Positions 48,508 through 61,057 of a DNA stretch of 64,000 nt are shown here, one piece after another. The translations under genes and the position numbers were made by a program. The first letter of the stretch is position 1, and each line of letters opens with the position of its first letter. The notes below the pieces were generated by a model, which saw only the letters and a program-made list of their open reading frames with translations, had not been told where the DNA came from and searched no databases. This stretch comes from Diadema antillarum (Eukaryota). The stretch lies in contig NW_027271172.1 of assembly GCF_040938485.1 (NCBI RefSeq), positions 4,712,001 to 4,776,000 of the forward strand. The letters are read 5' to 3'.

Positions 48508-51500
48508 TTCGTCTCATCTTTCAAAAAGGAACGTCCTCGTTTCATAATTATATACTGCAATATTTAAGGAATTCAAAAGATTGATATATGAAGAAATTGT
48601 AATACAATAACGGAGAGAAAAAAAATATAAGAAAACACTATTGACATGTAAATGCAATATAGAGACGATTGCTACACAAAACATAGTAAAACTGAGTAGC
48701 ATATAATAACTAACACAATAGTAAAATAAATAAAAAAAATTGATGTGTACATAAATCTTGCAGTTGAGGTAACAAAAAAAAAAATCACCAAAGAAACCCA
48801 TTTTCCAGGGGACATATCATTGTCTTGAGAGGTGTACGGGAAAGAGCATGGCCTACACACTGCATGGTAACCAATGCATACTGACATAACAATTTATATG
48901 AAATGCAGAATGAAAACAGAAGGGAGAGAAAAACAAAAGATTATCATAGTAATCCACAAACTGTATGTAAAACTCAAAGAACAATCAGAGGTCCAAGAAT
49001 TGACTTAATTATATTACCGTACATTAAAAACACTTAACATAAATGAAAAAACTACAAACTGGAAGAATACACTAATTGTATACATCTAGCCTTGTGCACA
49101 GCAAATATGTTGAAAATTGAACAAGATAATCATAAAAAGGGCAAAAGAAGAAGAAGAGACAGAGGAGAAAGGAGAATGAAGCATTTATAGTAAATGACCT
49201 AAATTATGAGTTGGTCTCTTTGAAATGCACCATGCAAGAAACTTGTGAATAATAATATTGAAGAACAACATGCAAAAAAAAAATATTTAGAATCAAGAGT
49301 AATTGTGCAAATGTATTTATAAGAAAAGAGTTGGGCAAACCACAGGACATTTATACGTGGTGAAAATGTGCATATAATCAGACTAGTACAAGTTTACTAA
49401 TTGTACAATTTCTTTTTTTTCTATACAAAAGCAATTATTCAGAAAAACAACATTTCTCACAAAAAGACATCAAAAGTTACAACCATACTAATCTAAAAAT
49501 TTGAAATTTGGGAATAAAAGAAAAAACAGCCTTCATTACATCGTGTATTTCATCAGAAATTATGATGGATCATAATCAGTTGGGGGATTAGGAAGCTGAC
49601 CGCCGTGTGTCCGAACACTATTGGCATGGATCACAGCGTGTGCATCGTAAAAGAGGTGTGATGAGGCAATGGACATGTGAGAGGGGACCACAGAGTCCCT
49701 ATTCATGAAGTGGCTGGGCGACGGATGAGGATAGTGAGAATGGGGCAGAGATGGGGGAAGGGGCTGAAATGTGTGGGTTTGCGAGGAAACAGTACAGTGA
49801 GCTTGAAGAGGGGGTTGGTAGTCGGGCAAATCAGGAGGAGAAGAGGTGGAGAAAGGGGTGGAACTGTCCGACTCAGTCCCAGTGGAAGATGATGTAGGGG
49901 CGTCGGAGTCAGAGGCAAGGGGAGGAATGTCGCAGTCAATAGAAAGAGGAGAAAGTGGGCTAGAGATGGGAAGAGTGCACTTCAGAGATCGGAATGAAGT
50001 TGGGGGAGATGGGGATGAAGGGTGGGAAATCACTGCACATGTTTGTGGTAGTGAGGGAGGCGGGAAAACTGAGGTGCGATATGAATTACAGGCCTCACAG
50101 TGAGAGCAGAGGTCCGCAATGTCTTTGCGCATCCCATGCCAGTAGCAGAGCCCTTCGATAAGCTCAATTGTCTTGGCTGTACCGAAGTGAAGAGCTGACA
50201 TGGAAGTATGCATGACAGACAGGACAGTAGGGATCACAGAATAGAGAATGACAACCTGTTCTATCATTATCCCAGAGGGATGTCTCTTCCGCCGACGCAA
50301 CAATCCATCACGAATTACGAAACGCTCAAACTGATGCCGGAACTTGAACAAGCATTCCTCGTAATGAGGGATGGCCGATTTTGGGGGTACATATCCAGAA
50401 CGGATCAAGGCAGTGACCTGCCGGATGATTAGATTCTGGTGCTGAACCTGATGAAGGCGTACACCATGTTCTAACAGAACACTAAAAAAGGAGGACAGGT
50501 TAGTAGGAGGTGCGGGAGGAGAGGGAGGAGATGAATTGACGATGAATTGGCACATGCTGATGCCGATGACGGAAGTGAAGCTACTTCAATCGGTATAGCT
50601 GGTGATGGAGATGAAGGAGGGGATGGATTATGACCTCTGTCTATTGTTGAAGGGAAAGATGAAGATACAGGTAAATCGTCATGGCCACCTTTGTAATGAC
50701 CACCAGGAGAAGGAGGCGGGGGTGGAGAAGAAAGCTTTCTCATATCGGGGGTATCATGTGGAGGTGGGGGTGGAGAATGAAGTCTGGTGGAAGTTGGTTG
50801 AGGTGACCGAGGAGGGGAGGAATCATCCCGAGAATATGATGTGTCAAGAAATGAAGGGGTACGAGGGCGATGGGAATGCTCACGATTTCGGGGATATACA
50901 TGAGACTGTGAACCAGTGGTTTGAGATGAAACCCCAGGAGAGAGCGTGTGGGGGCCATATCGATAATGACTTGAAACATCGTAACGATGATCGTAACCAT
51001 ACCGACTGGTTGAAGAGATGGAGTGGTTAGAGTTAGTTAGAGTAACGATCAGGGGAAGGAGAACGCGAGTGATAGTGATGATGTCGGGAATAGGAAGAAC
51101 TATAGCCAGGAGAAGGAGAACGACGGCGATAGTGTGAACGAGAATGGGAGTAGGATGAATGGCGCTCCGGGGAGGGAGAACGGGAGTGATAGCGGGATCG
51201 ATAAGAATGATAAGAGGGTGAATGGGGTCGAAAACTGTGAGATCGATCTCGAGAGTAAATATGATCCTGGGAAGAATACATTGTGTTGAGAAAAAAAGTA
51301 TGGGGAAAAGAAGGAATATCAATGTACAATATCAATATGACCAAATGTTTACAGTAACAATGAGGGGAAAAAACAGTCAACTAAAGATAAGAACACCAAC
51401 TACAATTAAGATGACCCCCCCAAAAAATAGCTAAATACTATTTACAAAATGGTAAAAAAAAAATGTCAATGAGGCCACGTTACATTAAGGAAGTACAAAA

Positions 51501-52321
51501 AAATGTTACAATTATTAAGTGTATCTACCAAAAAGTGTGTTGTCTAAATAAATCGATTCAGATCAACATATCATGGTTCAAGAAAATTCCAATGCAATTC
51601 GAATGCAAACAAGGGGTGGGAATGAAAGTGTTCAGAGTCCAAAGGTTAAAAAAAAAATTAATCAATCAGTGAACTTAGCTGCGACCATCAAGAACTGGAA
51701 TTATTATGCAAGGATGTGGAGAATCTGGAGGACACGTTTAGAAGGAACCAGCATGGACGCCGTCTGATAAAAGATATGGAGATTATAGCGGAGATCCCGA
51801 CCAGGTAGATCCGCCAATGAGCTGAAGACAGGCCGTCAGCGAGACAGAAGATGAAATAGGGTAGGATCATCAGATAGGATGAGGCAGCACACACCAGCAC
51901 AGGATACGGTGACAAAGCAAATATGACTGGGCAGGCCACCAGCGATGGACGTTCCAAGAAAAAGAAGAGGGCAGAGGTAGTGCAGGTATGAAGAATGCCA
52001 GAGGAACTGGTAAAGGAAGCGTGCAGGCAACCTCAAAGCGCGTGCAGGCATCCACAAAGCAATATAGAAACTTGTATCCAGTCTAAGGACAGCAGGAACA
52101 CACTAAGGATTCAGTTGTAGAGTCTTCCATGCAGAAACATACACATTGGCTAAACAAAGCACAGGTCAGGAAGATGAAGACATCTCAGGACGAGGCGACA
52201 TCGAGTCATCATGTAGTGATGCTGCAAGCCAAGGCAGCCAGGAACAAATTATCAGCGAAGTGAAATTGAAATTGAAGTCCGAGCGGTTTCGATGGCCATC
52301 AGTTTAAACCGCTGCTACCAC
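48508..52321 (-). mobile_element. Degenerate Gypsy-like internal region (PBS, integrase remnants, low-complexity RS/P-rich ORFs)
   Basis: PBS-like TGGTAGCAGCGGT at 52320-52308; GYKFLYCFVDACTRF (rve-like) at about 52079-52023; integrase zinc-binding domain in ORF 49560-50555. Confidence 0.6.
49560..50555 (-). pseudogene. ORF containing a Gypsy-type integrase H2C2 zinc-binding domain flanked by Pro/Ser-rich sequence
   Basis: DGLLRR...VLSVMH...HFGTAKTIELIEGLCYWHGMRKDIADLCSHCEAC at about 50088-50320. No catalytic core follows. Confidence 0.7.
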
Positions 52322-52399
52322 TGTAAGAGTGCTGTAAGTGCAATTTAACGGATATAACCAGAATCAAGTGATTTTACAGTGGTGAAAGGTAACGTGACA

Positions 52400-55300
52400 A
52401 TGGCTACCAGTGTTACTAGTGCGGAAAATGTTCCAGTAGTCACAGAACAGACGAGTGTCAAGAGTGTCAAGGTGGCAAGTGCTGCAGGATCAAGACGCTC
52501 AGTAAAAAGTGAAAAATTGGTTGACGCCTTCAATGCGGAGATGGAGGTTATGGATTAGGAGGAGGAATAAGCACGCATCAAAGCTGAACATGAGTATGCT
52601 CAGAAGATGCAGGCAGCAGAGCGTAAGCTAAGAAAGTTGAGACTGATCAAGGATCACAAGGAGAGATTGGCTCAGTTAGAAGAGGAAGATGATCTTTCTC
52701 ATTCTGCAGATGCAGATATTCAGCTTCCTGAGGAGAATAAAAGTGAATCAATCCAGAGGTTTCTCGATTCCCAGGAGGAAAAGAAGGACTCAGCAGCCAC
52801 TCCTATTCCTCGTGTTGAGACAATGGAAAACAAACCTACTGATGTCAATCGAGGATCTTCACCATGTGGTCTAGAGAGAGTCGCTGAGTCCTTGGTTGAA
52901 GTCGCCAAGTCGATTGCCATGCAGAATGCCAGTGCGCAGCAGGTCGCAATGACAAGTCAACTTCCAGGAATCGACCTTCCTGTCGTCAGTGGAGTTCCTC
53001 TGCTCTACCCTCTCTGGAGAAACGCTTTTGGTAGTCTAGTAGACAGCAAACCGCTTCCACTCACAATGAAGTTACATTACCTCAGCAAGTCAGTGGCTGG
53101 GACACCAAAGAGAGCAGTTGAGCGCTACCTACTCTTGGAAACAGAGGATGCCTATGAAAGGGCATGTGCTACACTTGCGGGGCGTTATGGAAGTCCAAGC
53201 GTTGTCTCCTCTGCGTTCTTGGATAAACTCAAGACATGGCCAAGAGTTGGTGACAGAGATGCGTCTGGGTTGTCCAAGTTCTCCGATTTCCTCGATCAGG
53301 TTGCAGCAATAAAGCTTACAATTCCTACCCTGAATATCCTCGACTTCCCGCAAGAGAATGTCAAGTTGCTGGAGAAGCTGCCAGCATACCTTGAACGGCA
53401 GTGGCGGGAGGAGGTTTTGAAGTGTAGAGGACGCGGATACGGCCACTACCCACCCTATGCAAGGTTTGCTGACTTTGTGAGAAATGCAGCTTGCAATGCC
53501 AACATTCCAGAACTTGAAAATTTGAAAAGAGAATCCAGAATTAAGCCAGCCACTTCTGGAGAGAACAAGATGAAGCCTTCAGGGAGAACAATGTTGACAA
53601 CAGGTTCAAAGGTGAGCCAACATGGAGAGTATTCCTCTTGTCTTCTCTGCAAGAAGAATCACCATCTTGACGAGTGCCAAGAATTTGAAAGAAAGGAGTA
53701 CTCCGACAGGAAGAAGTTCTTCTTTGAAAGACGGCTGTGCATGGGATACGGTATGGACGACAGACATCGAGTCAAGGACTGTCCTCAGCGCAGGACATGC
53801 CAGGTGTGCAAGGGCAGTCACCTGACATCACTCCATCGTCCAGTCCAGTTGCCAAAGGAGAAGGTGTCTTCAAACTGCACCAGTGTTTGTCACCTTCCAG
53901 ATCAGGAAGGAAAGGATCACGCAATGATCGTGCTGTGTGGGTGCGACATACCGATGACCCGGGTAGGGAGTTCCCGCAATACGCTATCATGGATGACCAA
54001 TCCAATGTGGGATTCATCACCAGGGAACTGTGCGACAAAATGGGGGTCAAAGGTCCTGAAACTGATCTGCAACTCACTACAATGCAGAGTACTTCCATCA
54101 TCAAAACAACAAAGGTGTCTGGAGTTCAAGTCCTGGACTTCAACAGAGATCAAGTGATCGACCTGCCACCCTTGTTTACAAGAGATGCCGTACCAGCAAG
54201 CAGATCACAAATACCAAAGTCGGAAGTAGTGAAGCATTGGCCGCATCTAGAGTCAGTGGCTCACAAGTTGATGCCATACAGCAAGAATGTTGAAGTTTCC
54301 TTGCTCATTGGAAACGACTGTCCTCGTGCCATAAGACCAAAGGAAGTGGTAGCAGGTGGTGATGATGACCCTTATGCCCTGAGGACATCGCTCGGATGGG
54401 GAGTCGTTGGAAGAGTGTGCCAAACACCATCTCGGAATGATGATGCAGTGTGCAACCGCATCCAGGCATCTCACCTCGTACAACCCTTAAAGGCTAAGGA
54501 GATTCTCAACCCACAAGACATTCTCAACATCCTTGAGAAGGATTTCAGAAACACTACGGATGGACGAGGCTCTTACTCAATGGATGAGAAGCGGTTCATG
54601 GACATCCTCAACAAAGGGGTAACCAAGCTACAAGATGGTCACTACAATACCCCTTCCTCTGAAAGGTAGCCACACTTCCATCCCTAACGACAGACCGATG
54701 GTGGAAAAGCGATGGAACCAGCTGTCTGCAAGGTTCAGAAAGAAGCCACAGTTCTTCGCTGATTATCTCAAGTTCATGGAGGAAGTCATCCATGATTATG
54801 CCGAGAAGGTCCCTGTGGAGAGCATGGAGAACAAACATGTGAATTACATACCCCACACGGGTGTGTACCATCCACGCAAGCCAAAGAAGATTAGAGTTGT
54901 GTTCGATTGCTCAGCTTCATATCGAGGTGTTTCTTTGAACGACCACCTCTTGCAAGGCCCGAACCTGATGAACAATCTCCTGGGGGTTCTGTGTAGGTTT
55001 CGCAAGGAGGAGATTACCTTCGCAACTGATGTGAAGAGTATGTTCCACCAGTTTCAAGTTCCCAAGGAGGACAGAGATCTGCTGAGGTTCCTGGATTCGA
55101 TGACAACGATCCTAAGAAACCAGTGATAGAGTACCGTATGAAGGTACACCTGTTCGGTGCCGTCAGTTCGCCGGGTTGTGCTAACTTCGGACTGAAGAAA
55201 GCAGCAGACGATGGAGAACAAGAGTTTGGATCAGATGCTGCTGACTTCATCAGGAATGACTTCTACGTGGATGATGGTCTGAGCTCGAGGTCATCTGCTG

Positions 55301-57973
55301 CAGAAGCTGTCAAGCTCTTGGAGGGCAGCAAAGCCATCTGTGGAAAAGCAGGACTCAAGTTGCACAAGATAGTGTCTAACAGCCGAGATGTCCTGAAAAG
55401 CTTTCCAGCAGAAGAGAGAGGCAAGAGCTTTCATGAGCTTAACCTTGATGAAGATCCCCTGGCCCTCGAAAGAGCACTTGGTATAGCATGGTGTACGGAG
55501 TCTGACACATTCCAGTTCAAATTCCAAGTGCAGGACAGACCATTGACCCGGAGAGGAGTGCTGTCAACGATCAGCTCAATATATGATCCAAGTGGATTCC
55601 TGGGTCCAGTCCTGCTGAAAGGAAAAGTCATCCTTCAAGAGATATGTCGTCTCAAACTTGACTGGGATAGTCCAATGCCAGATGTGTTGCAAGCAGAATG
55701 GAGGAAGTGGCTGGATGACATTCGATGTGTGGAACACCTTCAGCTGCCAAGGTGTTACAAGCCAAGTGGATTTGGCAAAGTGAAGGCAATAAAACTCCAA
55801 TACTTCTCCGATGCCAGTCAGGAAGGTTATGGACAGTGCTCTTACATCCGCTTCATCAACGAGCAAGACAAAGCTCACTGTTCCTTCGTCATTGGCAAGT
55901 CCAGAGTGTGCCCCCTGAAGCAAGTCACCATACCAAGGCTAGAGCTGACTGCTGCAACACTGTCTGCTCAAATGAGTGCCTTTCTGAGAGATGAGCTGAA
56001 GTATCACGGGATACAAGAGTACTACCGGACAGGTAGCCAGGTAGTCTTGGGCTACTTCAAGAATGAGGCGAAGCGTTTTCATGTGTTCGTGGCTAACCGA
56101 GTCCTGCAGATAAGGAACCTGACAGATCCAGATGCATGGTTCCATGTGGAAACTGCCAACAACCCAGCAGACGATGCTTCACGTGGATTGTCAACGAAGC
56201 AGCTCACAACAGATGATCGCTGGCTGAAGGGTCCAGAGTTCATTTGGAGGGATGGCGTCTTCCACGGGGAACCAGTAGAATCTGTCCAGGTGAGCAACAA
56301 TGATCCAGAAGTCAAAATAGCGGTTACAATGACGACTGCTGCATCAGAGAAATGTAGAGCATTTCCAGATCACTTTGAGACTTGTAGGCTGGCTAGCATT
56401 TCTTCTTGGCATTGGGCAAAGAAGGCTGTTGCCCGCTGTTTGCAGCTGAAATCGTCATTTCGGAAGCAAGCCAAGGAAGTGTCACCCGATCCAGCAGGAG
56501 ATAGCAAAGCAGTGATGACCACTCCAGTCTCTGTTGGACTGCTTCAAGAAGCTGAGAAGTTGATTCTCCGCAGTGTCCAGGAAGAGAACTTCCAGAAAGA
56601 GATGCTCGTACTCAGGAAAATGAATCTCACAGGAGAAATCACTGACAGACAGAACGCTCGCATCCGAAACAATGAGATCAAGAAAGTAAGTGCTTTGTAC
56701 AGGCTCGACCCATTCATCGATGAAGATGGACTTCTACGCGTCGGAGGACTATTAGACAGAGCCAGCATGTCTAGGGATGTGAGGCACCCAGTGATCCTGC
56801 CACAAAAGGGTCACATCACGTCACTGCTGATACAGGACAGTCACAACAGAGTCGATCACATGGGTCGTGGAATGACTCATAATGAAATCCGCCAGAGAGG
56901 TTATTGGATAATAGGTGGCTCGTCTGTGGTATCTCATTTCATCACACAGTGTGTGGCCTGCAGAAAGATGAGACGAAGCATGCTGCAGCAAAAGATGTCG
57001 GAACTTCCCAAAGACAGACTCGAACCATCTCCCCCATTTACCTACTCTGCCGTCGACTATTTTTGACCATTCCTAGTGAAGGAAAAGAGAAGCCAGGTCA
57101 AGAGATATGGTGTGCTCTTTACATGTATGTCTTCGAGGAGCATCCATATCGAAACTGCCAATAGTCTCAGTGTAAGCTCGTTCATCAATGCCCTGAGACG
57201 CTCATGAACAGGCGAGGAGCTGTGAGGCAGCTGAGATCTGATCGTGGTACCACATTCGTAGGAGCTCAGCATGAACTGCGAGATGCCCTGGCAGAGATGA
57301 ACCAGACTGAGGTGCAGGAGTACCTCCTTCAGAATGGGTGTGACTGGGTCCCATTTGTAATGAATGTACCCCATGCTTCTCACATGGGTGGTGTCTGGGA
57401 GAGAAAAATAAAGACTGTTCGGCATGTTCTGGAACCTCTCCTGAAGTCACTTGGAAGTCAGCTCGACGACGAGGCGCTGCGGACCTTCATGACCGAGGCA
57501 GAGGCAATCATCAACTCAAGGCCTCTGACGACTGGTAACCTGAGCGACCATGGCGCATCAGATCCTCTAACCCCGAACCACTGCCCCGAACCACATCCTG
57601 GTGGTTCCAGCGCGAGGACAGCTACGCTCGCAAATGGTGGCGAAGAGTCCAGTATGCAGCCAATGAGTTCTGGGCTAGGTGGAAGAAGGAGTACCTGCAG
57701 GAGTTGCAGTCTCGACTGAAGTGGGTCCGCACCGAGAGAAACCTGGCTGTTGGTGACATCGTGATCGCGAAGAAAGGCAACGAAGCTCGCTGCTGGTGGC
57801 CCCTCGCACGTGTCATTGACGTCTATCCTAGCAAGGATGGGTGTGTGCGTAAGGTAAAGATCTTGATGGCTGACAGGTCGTTGGACAATGAAGGAAAGCG
57901 ACAACGCCAACCAACTGAACTGGACAGACCGGTCAGTAAATTAATTTTGCTTCTTCCTGCTGAAGATAAGTAA
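52400..57973 (+). mobile_element. BEL/Pao LTR retrotransposon gag-pol, degraded by stops and frameshifts
   Basis: ATG at 52400 (two stops before 52607). DUF1759-like gag and three Cys/His knuckles; protease YAIMDDQSNVGFI; RT IRVVFDCS...LNDHLLQGP...FYVDD; Pao RNase H FSDAS; integrase H..G..T...RGYWI...CVAC, RSDRGT, GGVWER; C-terminal GDIV...WPLARV...RPVSKL. Confidence 0.95.
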
Positions 57974-58334
57974 GTCACACAGAAGACCAAGGGATTCCCC
58001 TACAAGGAGCCAGACTATTTTGACACAATTGATTAATGCTATGAGGCTCGTAATATTTAAACCAAATTGTGTTTCAATACAGTTGATGAAAATAATGCAC
58101 AAGCGAGATGCACTTTGCATCAGTAGTTGAATGAATTACAAAATGATGGTTTTGTATTTTTGGATGCTAGCAGCATTCATACTTTACTTGATTAAGCCTT
58201 TGTTTTATGTGCTAGCAGAGTGTGTTGTTTCTTTACATAGGTTTGAAAGATCCAAAATTGGTCGGCATGATATTTTTGAAATATGTATATTAACATTAAT
58301 GTGTGGTAAATGGTATTACCATTTAAAGGAGCCA

Positions 58335-59435
58335 TGTCACTACAGCTATGTGTAGTGAGATATAAGTTCAAGGTCTTTGTTATGTAACAAGTCAAGACTA
58401 ACTGTGTGTGAAACAGGTCTGAATTGACTAGGCTATACAAGAACCCCAATGTCAAGATAAGCCCCCTCTCCTTCCGGAGTTAACGTAAACATTACATAAA
58501 GACCTCTTTGTTTCATCCCAAGTTTAAGAGGTGGTCGGTGTTTGGAAGTAGCCCCCTGTGTAACAGTGTATAGAAAGTTCAGTACAGCCAAGGACTCTGT
58601 GAAGTGCAGTTGTGTCCAGAAAAAGAAGGCAAATTCTGTGATGCCAGTAAGGCCCGAATGCGGTAAGAAACAATTCCTCACTATGTACTTGGGTATAGTC
58701 ATTGTATATATTCCATGTGTGCTTTCTATGTTGTAGGAAAACTAGTTAGATGATGCTACCTATGTAAGATACTGACTATAGTAGACAAAGGAGTTGTGAT
58801 TCAGGTGGATGTATATGCTCCCATAAGTGCTTGTCTTTGTTTGTGTGTGAGTAGTGCATGCATATGAGTAGTGTGTGGAGATCAGGGCCCCGTCTTATAA
58901 AGCCTTCAAATCAATCACAAGTCTCCCAATCAATCGCAACTTGCATTGAAGCTCACATGAAACTTGTGATTGATTTCTATCACCAGTCTTTATAAGACAG
59001 GCCCCAGGTGAATACTGTTGCTGTGTGAATTGTGGTGTTCAAACTTTTATAAGTAATTAGTATAGATGTCAGTGATTATTATGTGCATGACCTAGTAACA
59101 TTCATAATCACAGATTTCAGAGTAGAATACACTGGGAGAAATAGGTGATATTCCATATCCTCAGTCATTTCTATGCTTGTAATATATTAGTGACATATAG
59201 TGTCATATAGAGGTTGTTCATCCTTTGTGGTATGAAAGAGAGCTAGTTATATGCACTGTGTAATTAGATTATAATATTAGTATTCGAGAGTGACACATTA
59301 TATACTTGTGTGATGAAAAGTGTAACCTTCACATCTACAATGGGTGACATAGTGATATTACTTGATCAGTAAATAAACATATTAACTCACAAACAGATAA
59401 AGGAAGTTAGTTAGATAAGTGAGAGAAATATATAT

Positions 59436-59470
<35 letters not shown>

Positions 59471-60040
59471 CAGTGTATATATATTTATGCACCAGCATTA
59501 GTGTGTATTTACATCCCAATAGGAACTCAGAACAGTTTTCATGATTTATTACATCTCAGTAAATCATTATAGTCAAGAGTTATATTACCTTTTGATTAAG
59601 GGTGTGTTCAAATGGTATTTGATAGCATATTCATATGTTATTATTATGCTCTCTACGTAGAGTGAAATTAAATTAGTCTTCGCAATGCTGTTCACGATAA
59701 CAAAGTTTGAAAGCTGTGACACAAAATATAAATTATCTGATATTGTATTTGGTTATTTATGGAAATATAAAGTTAAATATGAGTTATCACAGGTGTATGT
59801 TCACACATAATGAAGTTAGTAGACCAATATACATGCAGATTTTGATATTACTGTCTTATTACCTTGTTATATGAGTGTAAACAAGTATGCATTGAGTCTG
59901 TATATTGTTTCTATTATTACAGATTGTTATCTCAAGATCGATGACAAGTATGGATTCAAGAATTAAACCGAATTTAGCTGTAACTTATGTTTCCAGTGTC
60001 ATCTGTTGCATCTTGCAATAACGATACAGGGCATATCACA
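58335..60040 (+). mobile_element. Candidate 3' LTR of the BEL element (LTR-B, ~1.7 kb)
   Basis: aaaggagcca|TGTCAC at 58335 resembles a BEL PPT-LTR junction; possible end gggcatatcACA at 60040. No matching 5' copy in the window. Confidence 0.4.
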
Positions 60041-60107
60041 GTGAACTGAAACTCCCCAGCAACTAGTTGTAGCTGGGGCAGCCATAATCACGTTACCTTT
60101 CACCACT

Positions 60108-60800
60108 GTAAAATCACTTGATTCTGGTTATATCCGTTCAATTGCACTTGCAATTATCCTCGCACTTTTACCTTTCACCACTGTAAAATCACTTGATTCT
60201 GGTTATATCCGTTCAATTGCACTTGCAATTGTTATCCTCGCACTCTTAACTATAGTATATGATGTCAAGCCACAGTCGAATATTAGTCCATGCAGGAGAC
60301 AAGGTGGTAGTTCCAAAATATACAATTGTTTATTAAGTATAATAATCAGGAACAGTAGGTTGAACATTACAATGATTCCGATCTGATGTGGAGATTATAG
60401 TTTTATTGAACAGTACTGAGTAAGGGACTGGCTGTGGGAATTGTAAACACAGTTAGTCTGAATTTACTTAAACTTGATTGGGGACACAGGGAAGGATTAA
60501 CTATTCAGTAGAGATTAACCAAAGTAATAACAAAGATGGTTGGGTTCTGAATGGAAGTGTAATTGGAGGTTTGATGGTCTTGTTTATAAAAGGACAGGAG
60601 ACTATAAAACTGGGAAGTGTACGCAGGGTTTTGGATTGGGCTGATCTTATATTTAGACAGAATGATTGGGCAGGAAATGGGGATAAATTCTTAACCCGGT
60701 CAATCAAGAAACACTTGTATTCTACATAAGGTTTGTTCTGTTTTATGATTTTAAATAAATGATTCACTAAAATATGAAGTCCCAATTTCTCAATTTTACA
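60108..60800 (-). mobile_element. LTR-A, 5' copy, with a 74-bp tandem duplication of its tail and leader
   Basis: Direct repeat of 47779-48507. tgtaaaatcacttgattctgg occurs at 60108 and 60182. Followed on the minus strand by gtggtgaaaaggtaacgtg. Confidence 0.7.
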
Positions 60801-60959
60801 TTATGTCCGCTAGATTATGATTTATCCATTTATTTTTTTATTTTGATTGTTTTTTTAAACTGGAACTTGGAAGCTGCAGCTGGGGACTGCTGGTTATTTG
60901 CATGAATCTTCATCTTAAATAATCTGATGAACTATTAATCATGCCACATGTTTTTATTA

Positions 60960-60970
60960 CTACTATTATT

Positions 60971-61008
<38 letters not shown>

Positions 61009-61018
61009 ATTATAATTG

Positions 61019-61057
<39 letters not shown>
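60960..61057. repeat. (ATT)n microsatellite
   Basis: Visible directly. Confidence 0.9.

Noticed and set aside
51033-51380. Host SR splicing-factor gene
   Set aside because: RS-rich but no RRM, no ATG start or splice structure, frameshifts into a Pro-rich frame, and lies between LTRs.
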